NCBI GenBank assembly: GCA_951804945.1
Contig: OX638159.1
Span: 48,608,001-48,672,000, forward strand
Direction of reading: 5' to 3'
Source of the DNA: Podarcis cretensis
Lineage: Eukaryota
DNA: 64,000 bases
Both the position numbers and the translations under genes were made by a program. Each line of letters starts with the position of its first letter. Position 1 is the stretch's first letter. Below, in pieces: positions 1-13,161 of this stretch. The notes below the pieces were generated by a model that ran no database searches, had not been told where the DNA came from, and saw only the letters and a list, made by a program, of their open reading frames with translations.

Positions 1-973
1 AAGTCCGTATTTTCTTCTATTGTCAAACTTTATGGTTGTTGTTTGTTAAAACTGTGTATGTAAGTCACCAGAAACATTTTGTATTAGGAGACAAATAAAT
101 CAAACAAAAAGTAATCATAATATACTAGCTAACTCCTAGTAGGAGCTACAGGTGTTGCCTGGGTGCCAGGATTATGCAAAGCTTCCATGATAGTTCTGAA
201 TGGCAAGCTATCAGTTCCCCTGTGCCTCAATGCCATACTGTCTCCTGCAGCTAATGTTTCTTTTAGGCCACCCCACTGACATATGCCCTAGAAACAAGGA
301 GCCTCAGACAGCAAGGAATTCTTGCCTTCATTCCCTATTTAGTTGGACTGTTCAGTCTATAAACTAAACCCAGTCCACTAGTTTCTGATTACAAATCGCA
401 GCTGCTTTGGTGGGATGGGCTTCTGCATCAATAAAATACACTTTGATAGATCATGGGAGAACTGGATTCCCCACCCCAACCCCCCGCTTTCCCAGCTTCA
501 TGTGTCTCCCTTCCTTCTCCACAATTTAACTACCCTCTGGTTACCTCAACACTGCAGTCTCCTGGCAAATATTGCTTGGAGCCAGTAGCAGTTGGTGAGG
601 TGGCACAAACAGGACAATGCAGCTCACCTGCCTTCTAAACACTGGTGTCACTCCCAGTTCCTGAGAGGGGTGAGGTGCAGGCAGCTGAGGCAGTGGCAGA
701 GCCAATCCAATACTCCTGCCACCATGCCACACTGTACTAAGATCCCAAAGCTTCACTGCTCCCCCTCTCAGTTACTGGCAGTGACAAGGCAGGTAAGCAA
801 CACCACTCTACTTGTGCTACCCTGCTGACTTCTACTGCTTGGAGCTATGCATGCTCTACAACCACTCCCTAGATAACAACACATACTGTAGCATCACAGA
901 CCCTCTTTTCCTTCACCACATCTGGGTAAACCTTTTGGTATCACAATTTCTTCTAACAAACCAATGTTTAAAG

Positions 974-1102
974 CAGGACTGGCTAACCTGTGGCCGTTTC
1001 ATATGTTGCTAAGTTACAGCTTCCATAATCCCTGAAGGCTGGCCATGCTGGCTGAAGTTAGCTGGGAATGGAACATCCACAGACCACAGGTTAGCCACCC
1101 TG
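974..1102. mobile_element. degenerate hAT-type palindromic MITE
   Basis: Inverted termini CAGGACTGGCTAACCTGTGG / CCACAGGTTAGCCACCCTG; imperfect 8-bp TSD GTTTAAAG/ACTTAAAG. Confidence 0.65.
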
Positions 1103-1632
1103 ACTTAAAGAAACCAACGCTCCTGAGTCCAGACTTAACAAGGAACTGCTGGTTATTTCAAGCAGAATAAAAGCTTTCCTTAGCCTTCTTCCGTACAGCT
1201 CATGAAGGCTCATACATGTAGCAGGAAACCAGGGATTTTCAACAGCCAAGCAAAATGTCTCACTCTTTACAGTAACCTGCCCCTTTGATTTTCATGAGCA
1301 TCTCTTCTAATATGAACAGCATTGTTTCCTGACTAGCTCAAAGAGTGAAATATTTATGAGATTAGATTGATTTACACAATTTATGTTCATACTTGCAAAA
1401 ATCATGTTCATGTTGCAAAATTAGCTTTCCATACTGGAACTGGCAGAACAACTGAATCCTCTGGTTAGACCCAAATAATTGAATACGGTTCATTTATTGA
1501 ATATTAAAATATACATGTATGTATATAGGCAACCCCCAATTTGTTTGGGGGTTACACTCCTGGCCCCCCATGTGTTTCAGCAGAGCACATGTAAGTCCAC
1601 CCTGCCCCATTATGCCTCTTTATACCCCACCC

Positions 1633-1759
1633 AATGGCTTAGCCGGAGAGCAGGGTGGCAGCTGCCCCTCAAAATCAATCAAAATCAATACAAATCTGAG
1701 GTTCTGCCTCCCCCCTAACAAAAGCCTGCCCCCTGACAAAAATCCTGGCTATGCCCATG
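1633..1759. mobile_element. hAT-type MITE (family shared with 58043-58533)
   Basis: 8-bp TSD CCCCACCC (1625-1632 and 1760-1767); terminus GCTATGCCCATG; internal sequence is the reverse complement of the host element at 58043. Confidence 0.7.
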
Positions 1760-3314
1760 CCCCACCCCATTCTGTCCTTTTCTGGGTTCAATAGAACTCA
1801 TACATCAGAGGTTGGATGTCAACTGAATGCATGCAAAATGGACCCCCATCTGCACTTTGTTTCTAAATATATAGTTTAATCATATATATAAACAGTTGCA
1901 GTGTTTACTAACAAGTATTCATTTACTAAAACTAAGCACACATCATGATGCTATAAAATATACCTATTTTTACCACCACTAAGCAGTGGTCATGCTTTCC
2001 TCCCTTGAAAAAACATGCAAACGAAAAGCCTACAATCGTTTTAATAAAGATTTTCCTCTTGCCATTTAACTATTATTGATGATAAACTTAAACAGATAAG
2101 AGGCCTACGTGAAACTGAAACCCAACACTTAAAAAACGACACATCGCATGTCGAAGCAAGCCGTAATTAATAGATTACTCTGAATGAGCAGGACTTTGTC
2201 CCTATGCTAGTAGTACGAACAAGCCATGCAGTTTAGCTCAGCATGACATTCGAACCAGAGTTATGGTTTGCTTCTCCCTCTAACTTTTTGTTCTGGCCAA
2301 AATTTTCTATAGGCCAGTGTTTTACCAGTGGATCAGATGGTGTCAGGTCATTTTAAAATAAAAACTTTTTTTTTTAAGAAGTGCACTTTACATGTTCAAA
2401 GATGGATGCATGAATCCAGAAGCAGTTCAAATACTTGGAAACATATTTCAAGTATTTAAACACTTTAAATGGCAAAATAAAGAGCTTGCAAATATATCCA
2501 GCCTGCAAACATATCTCAGGAATTTTGTAACATCTGTCCAATAGATATAGTATCAGCAGCAGCAAAGATAAGGAACATGAAAACATTTACAATCTCATAG
2601 CTTTTTTAATCAAATTGATTTATTCAAAATAGAATATTTTCTTCATATTTTACAAAGCTAATGACCAATCTATGAAATAAAAATGAAAAATTCTGATCAG
2701 ATATGAAAACATGTCAGGAAATACCATCCATGGCTGCATTGGAACATCCAGTTAAAATATGTATGGGAACTAAAAGTATTATAAACAACAAAGAAAAAAT
2801 GACTAATATAAACACATTTTACTCACTAAAGAGTACTGAAAAAAATTAAGCATTTGTACAACAACAACAACAACAAAACACAAGCTGTTTTAGCCTGCAA
2901 TGTGAAAACCTCACAGTGTCATCAGCAATGAAATCTCAGACACACAGAATACACCTATGTAGCCTGGAAACTAAGGACAAACAAGCAGCTGGTCTCATAC
3001 TGATGGCACTTCATTCTCCCCAAAAGTTTAAGACAATAAGATTTGCCACCAAGTTAATCAGCAAAATACATTCAGAAATTTATTTCTATTTCTGTTTTAA
3101 CGTCAACCAGGCTTCCTCACTCAAGCACTTTCCAAAGTGAGTTAAGACGTTATGAGGTTACCCTAATTTGAGATTTTACACACACCACATTATGATTATT
3201 GTACCTTTTATAGATAAACAGATGCAGATTTTACATTTCCCAAAGAGACAAAATGCTAACAACTGTACCTTACAGTATTACTAGTTTCTAAACACTTTAG
3301 AGCTAAAAGTCTTA

Positions 3315-3520
3315 TTTTATAAATACCTTTATATCCCACCTTCCTTCCAAAGACCTCAAGCTAGCACACATGATTCTCCTGTTCCTCATTTTATCCTCAC
3401 ACTACCCTGTGAGGTAAGTTAGGTTGAGAGGCAAGGCTAAACCAACATCACCCAGTGATATTCAAGCAGAGTAAGAATGTTAACCCTGGTCTCTCAGGTC
3501 CTAGGCCTGGCTCTCTAGGC
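3315..3520 (-). mobile_element. old Squam3/CORE-like tRNA SINE
   Basis: Degenerate similarity to the copies at 35703 and 48040 (CCCTGTGAGGTA...GGTTGAGAG...CACCCAGTGA). Confidence 0.55.
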
Positions 3521-6500
3521 AGGCTGTTATCTAAGCCCCCCATCATTTCACATACATTTAAATCAAACCTATCCCAAAGGGAGAAAAGAACCAATGTACT
3601 ATGTTAGCACAAAGCTGCTAACACTTCCCACCCTTATTCAACTCAAGAGGCCTGCTACTTAAAGTTGCATTTTTAAAGACTTACAGTATAACAATATGCA
3701 ACTATGTGTCCCACTTACTTCAATAAGACTTATTTCCAAGTAAAAATGGATAGGATACCAGCCTAAAACTGCAATCTGATGAATTAAACTTGGAATACAA
3801 AACTGAAATCAAATTTAATTCCAATGAAGCGTGCTTTTGGAGCAGAATAAGGCTTTGGCCTAGATAAAGACATGACACAGAACCAAAAATCTCAGGGGAA
3901 AGCCTTCATTTAGGGACAGACAAGATACAAGAGTTGCCAATGAATTTGCCTTTGTGTGTTTGTTCATTTTTCAGTAAAAAGTAGGTAGTAGTGGGGATCT
4001 GAATGGGACGGTGGTGTGAGAGAAAGAGGATTGAACTTTTTACCCATGCTGTGGTCACTATCAGAATCCCCCCCCCCCGGCTTGCTATCTACAATAGGTG
4101 CAAAGTTATGGTGTGGGGGAGCAATTCCAGCTGGTACCATGGCAGGGACAGATGTTTAAAATTCCCCTTTCTTGTGTCATGAGGCTGATCCAGATTCCCT
4201 ACCTCATCAGGCTATTTGTAAAAGAAAAGCCATGCAAGAACAAGCTAGATGACCAATGTAACAAATTCAAAACAGGGAAGAATGTGGTGATACCTTAAGA
4301 ACTAAAAAGGGAGCATACAGATATTGATGGTGCAGTGGGAAATTCTCACAAGTCTATATGCAAACCTAGTGAATTTAGGGAATAAACAAGGACACATAAT
4401 ATAAATAATTAGAGTGATTGTACAGAGGCATGTGGTATCCTAAAACTCACTGCTAGAACTTAAGTCTAGAGCAGGCGTAGAGAATCCATTGCCAGATGTT
4501 GTTGAGTTGCATCTAACACTGCCATTCAACCCACACAACAGTTTGTGCTATGGAACTTCTCTCTCCTGCTTGTGCCTCAAAATCTGCTCCAGGGAGGTGC
4601 GGAGCTCTCCAGATCAGATTTTGGGCAGGTGCAGATAAAGGATTGGAAGGGAAAGAGGAAATCTCATTATATAAGTAGAACTCTGCTTGCGAAGGGTTAG
4701 ATACAACTCATCATGCCTGACCATTGGTCATGCCGGCTGGGGCTGATGGGAAATGGAGTCCCACTACATCTAGAGAGTCTCTTGCCATTGTCTCTCCCAC
4801 CCATTCATACTAGACAGATACATCCTGTTCAGAAGGGTAAGGTATATAATGAAAGCCATTCAAAAATATGTACTCATTGCTTAGGAAAGAAGCAGCAGAG
4901 TATCAGAACCCCCAAAATGTCATATGGTGGGGGGAAGGCTACTGTTTTAATAAACATATAACTCAAGTTCCCTTGGGTACATGAAACTAGTTTTATAGAT
5001 GTACTGGATCATGGTCACGCCACTGAACAAAATCTGCAGCAGGCTACAATCCTATGCATATCTATTCATAAGAAAGCCCCCCCCCCATGCATTAAGTCTA
5101 ACGCTTAGGCAGCAACTCTAACAAACTCAGTTGGGAGTAAATCCCACTGTGAATTCAATGGGACTTAATTCTGAATAAACATGCTTATTATTGCACTGTA
5201 ATTATTTATTTTACTTTTCCTCTAGACAACATCTTAGATGCTTGAAAGCTTGCATTTGCTTATCAACAGAATAAATTAATCTCTCTCAGATTCACTATGA
5301 TTAACTGGGCAACTCAATTCACTATTTACCCATAATTTGATAGACTTAACATGCAAACTTTAAATTAAGCCCTAACCACATACATGCAATCATAAGGAGA
5401 CACAAATAAGACTGAGTTTTTCATCTTTGATTCCTCCTGTAACATTCTCCTTTAAGTTCCAGCCTGGCTCAGCTGCCTGTTTCTTAAGTGGGCAGGGCAT
5501 TCTTACAACTTTGAAATGCAGCAGCTGTTCACTAGGCTCTTTTGAATTGAAATATTACTCTGCCCCCTTGTGGAAGAGGAAACAAGGCTGCTCACATAAA
5601 CAAAAGAAAAAGGTCTATGGAAGCTACATTGCAATGACCTGTGAATTTCTGGCAGATGCATAATGTGGTATTTCATGTTAGAAAGAGAATGCAAGAAAAG
5701 AGCTAAAATACACCATACAACAAACAAGATAACACCTTTTCTGTTAAAGGAACAGGCATGTAAACAAAGCTGCTATCTTAGACACACTTACAAGAGACTA
5801 AGCTTTATTGAACACAATGGGACTTACTACAGAGCTAACATGCATAGGATTGCAGTGAAACCTTTTCCTAGCATTCTTCAGCATAAAAAGTCCTATGAAC
5901 ACACCATCACAAAACACAAATGATTTCAAAAGGGCACTATTCATTCAAATGAGTATTAATTCTGTGCATCTTGCACTAAGAAAAAACTCAGCAACTGTTC
6001 TTCTCCGTGTAATAACTTTGCTTTATCTTTTTATACTCTCCAACTTGTGTTACCTCATTATTTTAATATTCCTTCTGCTCCTACAATCTGAAAGAGTTTT
6101 ATAATGTCTTCTTCATACCCTGAAATTCATATTCAATGAACTTTACACACAAGATGTAACTATCTCAGCCTAAGGCTTTAACCCTATGCAGAAATACCTG
6201 GGAGCAAGTCCAATGGAATTCTTTGAGTAAACATGCCTGGGGCAGGATACAGATGCACATCTTTAAAAAGGTGTTTTAAAAACCTAAGTCTCTTGAGGCT
6301 GTGTTAGTCTTGCATATCAATGCAAAATGTAGTAAAAGCTAAGTGGCCAGAAGTAGGTTATACTGAAATGGGTGTCTTTTACAAACAACTTGTCAAGGTA
6401 TCATCATATTTAAAACTGCCACAAGTCCTCTGGCATCTATCCAGGACTAAATTTAGAACACCAGGGCCTTAGACTAGTATAATTTTCTATTTTTGGTAAC

Positions 6501-6624
6501 TTTTATACATTTAGTTTTCAAGTGTTTAAACTTCCTCACAAGTCTATAAAATTAGTTAGACTGGTCAGCCCTTAAAAGCACAAGAGGCAGAATTAAATTG
6601 GCCGAAGTAAACATTTACACTGCA

Positions 6625-6659
6625 GATAGATAGATAGATAGATAGATAGACAGATAGAC

Positions 6660-6692
<33 letters not shown>
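6625..6692. repeat. (GATA)n(GACA)n compound microsatellite
   Basis: Directly visible. Confidence 0.95.
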
Positions 6693-6694
<2 letters not shown>

Positions 6695-7226
6695 GTAGCA
6701 GTATTCAGAATTCTAAATATGATACAGTGAGCTTTGGAATTAAACCTTAGCAACAATAACTTCTTACAAATCTTTAGTACAAGACTGCAGTCCAGAACTT
6801 TATACCACCACATTTACTGAAATGCCAGTTCTTAATTCAGTCAATCAGAACGCCAACCAACTTTTGCCGACTGTGTACTTTACTGTTTATATTTTTATTG
6901 ATTTTTTGCAAATCTATTACATTTTTCAATATACCATAATCAACAACATGAAAAGCATTTTTTCAAAAAAAAAACCTAGGTAAGACACCAACTGACTGCT
7001 AAACCTCAGGAATACCTTCCACACATTTGTGCACAGGAACAGTGTTTCTGTCAAAGTGGCAGCCAAGGTACATACAATGTGGATACAACTCAGTGTTGTA
7101 TATAAGGTTTCTAATTAATAAAAAGTTGTCAGGCAAGCCACTGCACACACGTAGTATTCAAGTATATGCAGCAGAGAAAATACAGAGGAAGAAGATTGAC
7201 ATACCAATCTCATTAATGGCATAACA

Positions 7227-8248
7227 CAGGCATGGCCAAACTTGGCCCTCCAGATGTTTTGGGACTACAACTCCAATCATCCCTAACTAACAGGACCAGT
7301 GGTCAGGGATGATGGGAATTGTGAGTGTCTGGAGGCGGTTGGAGGATGGATGGCGGCTAACAGATTGAGGTTGAATCCTGACAAGACAGAAGTGCTGTTT
7401 TTGGGGGACAGGAGGCGGGCAGGTGTGGAGAATTCCCTGGTCCTGAATGGGGTAACTGTGCCCCTGAAGGACCAGGTGCGCAGCCTGGGAGTCATTTTGG
7501 ACTCACAGCTGTCCATGGAGGCACAGATCAAATCTGTGTCCAGGGCAGCTGTTTACCAGCTCCATCTGGTACGTAGGCTGAGACCCTATCTGCCTGTGGA
7601 CTGTCTCGCCAGAGTGGTGCATGCTCTGGTTATCTCCCGCTTGGACTACTGCAATGCACTCTACGTGGGGCTACCTTTGAAGGTGACTCGGAAACTACAA
7701 CTAATCCAGAATGCGGCAGCTAGACTGGTGACTGGGAGCGGCCGCCGAGACCATATAACACCGGTCTTGAAAGACCTACATTGGCTCCCAGTACGTTTCC
7801 GAGCACAATTCAAAGTGTTGGTGCTGACCTTTAAAGCCCTAAACGGCCTCGGTCCAGTATACCTGAAGGAGCGTCTCCACCCCCATCATTCTGCCCGGAC
7901 GCTGAGGTCTAGCGCCGAGGGCCTTCTGGCGGTTCCCTCACTGCGAGAAGTAAAGCTACAGGGAACCAGGCAGAGGGCCTTCTCGGTAGTGGCGCCCGCC
8001 CTGTGGAACGCCCTTCCAGCAGATGTCAAAGCGATTAACAACTACCTGACATTCAGAAGACATCTTAAGGCAGCCCTGTTCAGGGAAGTTTTTAACGTGT
8101 GATATTTTATTGTATTTTTGCTTTCTATGGAAGCCGCCCAGAGTGGCTGGGGAGGCCCAGCCAGATGGGCGGGGTATAAATAATAAATTATTATTATTAT
8201 TATTATTGTAGTCCCAAAACAGCGGAGGGCCAAGTTTGGCCATGCCTG
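7227..8248. mobile_element. hAT (Charlie/Buster-type) MITE split by an L2 insertion
   Basis: Perfect 25-bp TIR CAGGCATGGCCAAACTTGGCCCTCC; exact 8-bp TSD GCATAACA (7219-7226, 8249-8256) with central TA. Confidence 0.92.
7323..8207 (+). mobile_element. 5'-truncated young L2-clade LINE (ORF2 C-terminal region, 3' UTR, (TTA)n tail)
   Basis: Uninterrupted frame to 8102 with L2-type motifs WMAANRLRLNPDKTE, SRLDYCNALY, QNAAARL, HITPVLKDLHWLP, AFSVVAPALWNALP; CpGs intact. Confidence 0.93.
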
Positions 8249-8290
8249 GCATAACAGCTTTGATGTCTAGAGGTATTTACTCTCTGAATA

Positions 8291-8506
8291 CAGTGGTACC
8301 TCGGGTTACATCACCTTCGGGTAATGTTCGAGTTACGAACGTGGAAAACATGGAAGTGTATACTTACGGGTTTCGCCCCGTGCGCATGCACAGAAGCGCT
8401 CTATTGCATCACACACATGCGCAGAAACGGTGCCTCTTGATACAGACTTTTTGGGGTAAGTACAGACCCCCGGGACAAATTAGGTTCGTATCCAGAGGGT
8501 CCACTG
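8291..8506. mobile_element. Tigger/pogo-type (Tc1-mariner) MITE
   Basis: TA|CAGTGGTACCTCGG ... GAGGGTCCACTG|TA termini with TA duplication. Confidence 0.85.
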
Positions 8507-9142
8507 TATTGAGATTGTGCTTTTGACTATGATGGATAGTAGCCATCTAATCCTTTCTAAACAATATACACCAGTTGTAATCACAACATCACAGGAAATA
8601 AGTTTCACAGGCTGAATCTGTATTATAACCTTTGTTTATACCACTGCTTCTCTAACTTTTCTCTACAGGCCACACTTTCAGAATAAAAATTTGCTTGTGG
8701 CACACTGACTGTTTTATTGATAAGAAATACATTGGAAAACAAAAAGAAACAACTACTGGCAGTGGTTGATTTATTACATAGAACAAAACTACTTACTAAT
8801 ATGATGGTTGGACATCCAGAAAGTATAAAACAATGTGGTTACACAAGAACATGAATCATTCCCAAAGTATAGTTATAAATGCACCTTCTCCAACACTGTT
8901 TGAATAGTGATTCTAGATCACATCTAGGATTGTCCTCAGTATCATTTGATGCTCTCATGTTGAAAAGATGTTTATCCATATTTTGCAAATTAAAAATATA
9001 TTTTGAAACTATACTATACTACATTAAAATGTTTATATGTTTCTTTGTCCTTGAAACTTCCTACCACACTTGCCATCCTCGCCTTGCCATCCTTGCCAGT
9101 GTGGCACACCAAACCCTTTGAAAACCACTGGTTTATACAATA

Positions 9143-9378
9143 CAGTGGTACCTCGGGTTAAGTACTTAATTCGTTCCGGAGGTCCGTTCTTAACCTGAAA
9201 CTGTTCTTAACTTGAAGCACCACTTTAGCTAATGGGGCCTCCTGCTGCCACCGCACCACCAGAGCACAATTTCTGTTCTCATCCTGAAGCAAAGTTCTTA
9301 ACCCAAGGTACTATTTCTGGGTTAGCGGAGTTTGTAACCTGAAGCATCTGTAAGCGTATGTAACCTGAGATACCACTG
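9143..9378. mobile_element. Tigger/pogo-type MITE
   Basis: TIR CAGTGGTACCTCGGGTTA; closely similar to 18253-18460 and 31635-31852. Confidence 0.88.
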
Positions 9379-9985
9379 GGGCTCTTTCTTTCTCTTTCTT
9401 TCTTTCTCTCCCCCACCCCTCTCTCATACACACACACAGAGAGGGGGGGTCACATATTTAGCTCCCTTAAAATAAGTTTATTTCTGCTTTAAACTCCACT
9501 TTATAAGTTACAACAACCAGAAAGCCATAGAACCTCTTTACTTTCTGCCAACCTTCTCAAGAGTTGAAGCAAGTTTCCTACAAGCATGCATCTAATGAGC
9601 AAATTCTTAGTACACCGTAGGGCAGGCAGGCAGGCAGTTTCATGCTACAGTACTATTAAAATCCTCCACCTTCTGGACACTTTGAAATGTATTATTTTTT
9701 ATTCAGTCATGCCACTCTTGTAGGAAGGTTTTTTTTTTTTTTCAAAAGCCAAGAAAACAGGAAATCACTGCCAGATTTAGGAGTATTTAAATCATTATCT
9801 GCTACCTAATATTTAACCCAAATGAGAAACTCTTATGTACTTTCAAATTTCCACGTTCTGCAACAATCACAGAATTGTCACTAAAACATGCAGTACTACT
9901 TCTAGCATTAAACCAATTAATTTACTGGGGGGGGGGGACACAAGATTTCATCATAAGCTTGTCATAAGCTTGGGTATACACTTTT

Positions 9986-10340
9986 CACTGTGGTCTAAAC
10001 CACTGAGCCTAGGGGTTGCTGATCGGAAGGTCGGCGGTTCGAATTCTCGCGATGGGGTGAGCTCCAATTGCTCAGTCCCAGCTCCTGCCAACCTAGCAGT
10101 TTGAAAGCACGTCAAAGTGCAAGTAGGTAAATAGGTACCACTCCAACGGGAAGGTAAACGGCGTTTCCATGCGCTGCTCTGGTTTTGCCAGAAGCAGCTT
10201 AGTCATGCTGGCCACATGACCCGGAAAAACTGTCTGCGGACAAACGTCGGCTCCCTCGGCCAGTAAAGCAAGATGAGCGCCACAACCCCAGAGTTGTTTG
10301 TGACTGGACTTAACTGTCAAGGGTCCTTTACCTTTACCTT
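9986..10340 (+). mobile_element. Sauria SINE (Squam1), slightly 5'-truncated
   Basis: tRNA-like head with B box GGTTCGAAT, family core CCTGCCAACCTAGCAGTT, (ACCTTT)n tail. Confidence 0.92.
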
Positions 10341-10712
10341 ACATTTATACCCCCATCTCTGCAAAATACAGGCTTTACTAATAATATGGGGAAGAGTAAA
10401 GTATCTATGAAAATATTGAGGAGTAAGGGAAATGAAATGATGATTGAGTAAGAAAGCAGCTGTACCTCCTATGAATATGAAGGCACAGCATGAAAGGTAT
10501 CAGGTTTGCAGAAGTCCCTCAAAGAAGCTCCAATAATAAGATTCCACAACAGCAATGAATGAATGGTCATAGGGAAGGGGAAGCAACAGAAGCCAAGTCT
10601 TAGTGCACGAACACCAGTTTTAAGTACATGGTACAACATATACTCTGCATCTCAATTCAGGGAATCTTGCAGGGTTGGGACTATCTCTAGTTGACACAAT
10701 TAGTACAGCTAA

Positions 10713-10774
10713 AATTTATAACCTGCCCATCTGGCTGGGCTTCCTGAGCCACTCTGGGTGGCTCCCAACAGAAA

Positions 10775-10810
<36 letters not shown>

Positions 10811-10860
10811 ATTGATAAAACATCAGACAATAGGCTGTTATAGAGCAAAAAAATTAAAAA
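10713..10860 (-). mobile_element. L2 3' end fragment with internal (AAAT)n
   Basis: Reverse complement of the 3' UTR at 8130-8190 (GCCCATCTGGCTGGG...CCACTCTGGG). Confidence 0.7.
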
Positions 10861-13008
10861 TTCACTTATCACCCAACACCATGAAGAATAATTTGAAAGC
10901 TTTGCACTGGATAGGGCCAAAATACCTGCATACTGCAGGTAGAAGTTGCATGGAAGTTTGCAAGTAACCTGTTCACAGAGCCCTGATGAGGCATGCAGGT
11001 CCCACAGAGGTCAATGGGCCTACTTATGAGTAATTTGCAAATGAGCATTTTTAAATAAAATACCTAATTAACTTGTTTTAATATTCTCCTGAAGAATTGC
11101 TACTGCACAGGCTAAAGGATCCCATATTGATAATTTATAACTAATTTCACATGCACTGAATGGTATTGTAGACATCCTTCTTCAACTACAAGCACAACTT
11201 CTCAGCCAAGATTATATTCAAAAGGGAATTGAATGAATGTGAGAAGTTGCTTTTTCAGTTTGGTTCTGTTGGCATTGATGTCTGTGTAGCAAAGGTGTTT
11301 GGAAAGATACGTTTGATGAACATTTTGTGTGTGAGTAATCCCACTGACCACTGGATTGCATTCCACATGATTGTAACTTCTACCTACAATATGCACCTGG
11401 TAGCCAGAAGTAAAAAAAAGGGGGGAGGGCTGCCTGAAGATCATTCTACCTGCTAAGCTCATCCATCATTCTATTTGATGCAGGTGAACAGTCACAGGAA
11501 AGAATGAGCCCACTTCTCCAATACTTGGTACTAGACTGGACCACTGGCCAACTAATTGCCAACAATTAACATATACTGTCCCATTAATAGCACATTCTAG
11601 AAACAAGTACTATCATTCTTGAAGCATTATTTGTAGTACCAGCCCAGAAATATACATTTATAATGTTTTCAAGAACTGCGCCATATCTGTACTGCACTCA
11701 ATCACACACACAACTAAACTGATTGGTTATTAAAATACTTCAAAATTATAGTTTAAAATAGTATTCAAATTATAACACTGATGGGAGAAATTGTCATTTA
11801 TAACTTGATTTTAAAGGGAGTCAGTACATCTAACTTGCAATTTTCTAAGATAAAAATATTTCCTCTGTAAAACAAAAGTATTGTTTTTATTATTTTTATT
11901 CCTAAGTATTCAAGCCATTCAGATTCTACTCTTAGATCAATCAATGTTCCCAAGAGTGGCCTTGCATTTGAAATCTGAAAGCAAACTATGTATTTTACTA
12001 GTAGAATAAAATGAAGTATACAAATAAATAAAATATTCATGCAAGGCCCTATTTCTAGATTCCCCAACTTTACAGCTTTCACTTGTGGAAAGCTCTCCCC
12101 AGGAAGGTTTTACCTTGTGTCTACAGATGTATTTTTAGCATCAGCCAAAACTACCCACACTTAATTTTTAACCATTCTGTGATGGTTTCATCATTGCTAA
12201 CTATTTTCCCTTCCTGCTTTACTGCTGGGTTGCGTTAGAAAAGATTTATCTTTTTAGAATGATTAGTTATGCTAAGCTGCTATGAAAATATATATATTGA
12301 AGGATGGGGTATAAAGTCTTTAAATAAATAAATTACTTTCCTCCAAGAGGCAGGAATTCTCTCTGCACAGCATTTTATTTATCTATTTCATAAAATCTAC
12401 ACAGTTTGATAGTAAAAACAAAACAACCACCACCACCACCTCAAAGCAGTTTACAAAAATACAAAACAATAACATCCCTGGACGATTTACAACAATAGTT
12501 TAAAACATACAAAAATTTAAAATACTTAAACAGGTCAGAATGCACATCAACTTTCTAAGAATTTTTTCTCCTCCATCAGTAGCAAAACCAGAATTATGTG
12601 ACATATTAAAGAATTATATAGGAGAAATTGTGTAAATCTGTTCAATTTCCTTTGTACAGGATAAAAAGTATTTTGAAAATGGAGTATACACAACCCAGGG
12701 CTGAATGTTTCCATTTTTATGAATAAACCAAACCTCTCTTAATTTCTACCTGCCGCTTAAGAGTTAAATTTGCTAATCTCCAATACAGAGAAAGTAGTCT
12801 CTATTGCTTCCAAGCAACTTCACCAAAAAGAGGGAGACTGGTTTCAGACGAAGTCCAAGGAGTACCACAAGACTCTCTTGTTCCTGTTAACAGCATGTAC
12901 CCTCAGAACAGATTAACTAGCAAAACACTGAAGGGACCCTGGTCTCCCGCTGTTCACATTCCAAAGAGCTTTTTAAGGAAGATCATGAAAATGTGTGTCA
13001 CCCCTGCC

Positions 13009-13161
13009 CAGTGGCGTAGCGTGGGGGGTGCAGGGGGGCCCGGCCGCACCGGGCGCAACATCTGGGGGTTAGGGTTAGGGTTAGGGGGCGCAAATCCACG
13101 GGTTAGGGGGTGCAAATTACTTGCCTTGCCCCGGGTGCTGACAACCCACGCTACGCCACTG
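13009..13161. mobile_element. very young hAT-type MITE containing TTAGGG repeats
   Basis: Perfect 17-bp TIR CAGTGGCGTAGCGTGGG; exact 8-bp TSD CCCCTGCC (13001-13008, 13162-13169); CpG-rich. Confidence 0.93.

Noticed and set aside
7299-8102. 267-aa ORF as a host gene
   Set aside because: It is a 5'-truncated L2 ORF2; the listed GTG start lies in the flanking MITE.
11202-11462. Exon-like ORFs in intron 1
   Set aside because: No similarity to NIPBL or any protein I recognise, and no convincing splice-site pair.
13066-13108. Relic of a chromosome-end fusion
   Set aside because: Only 3-4 units, single orientation, and enclosed within MITE TIRs and TSD.
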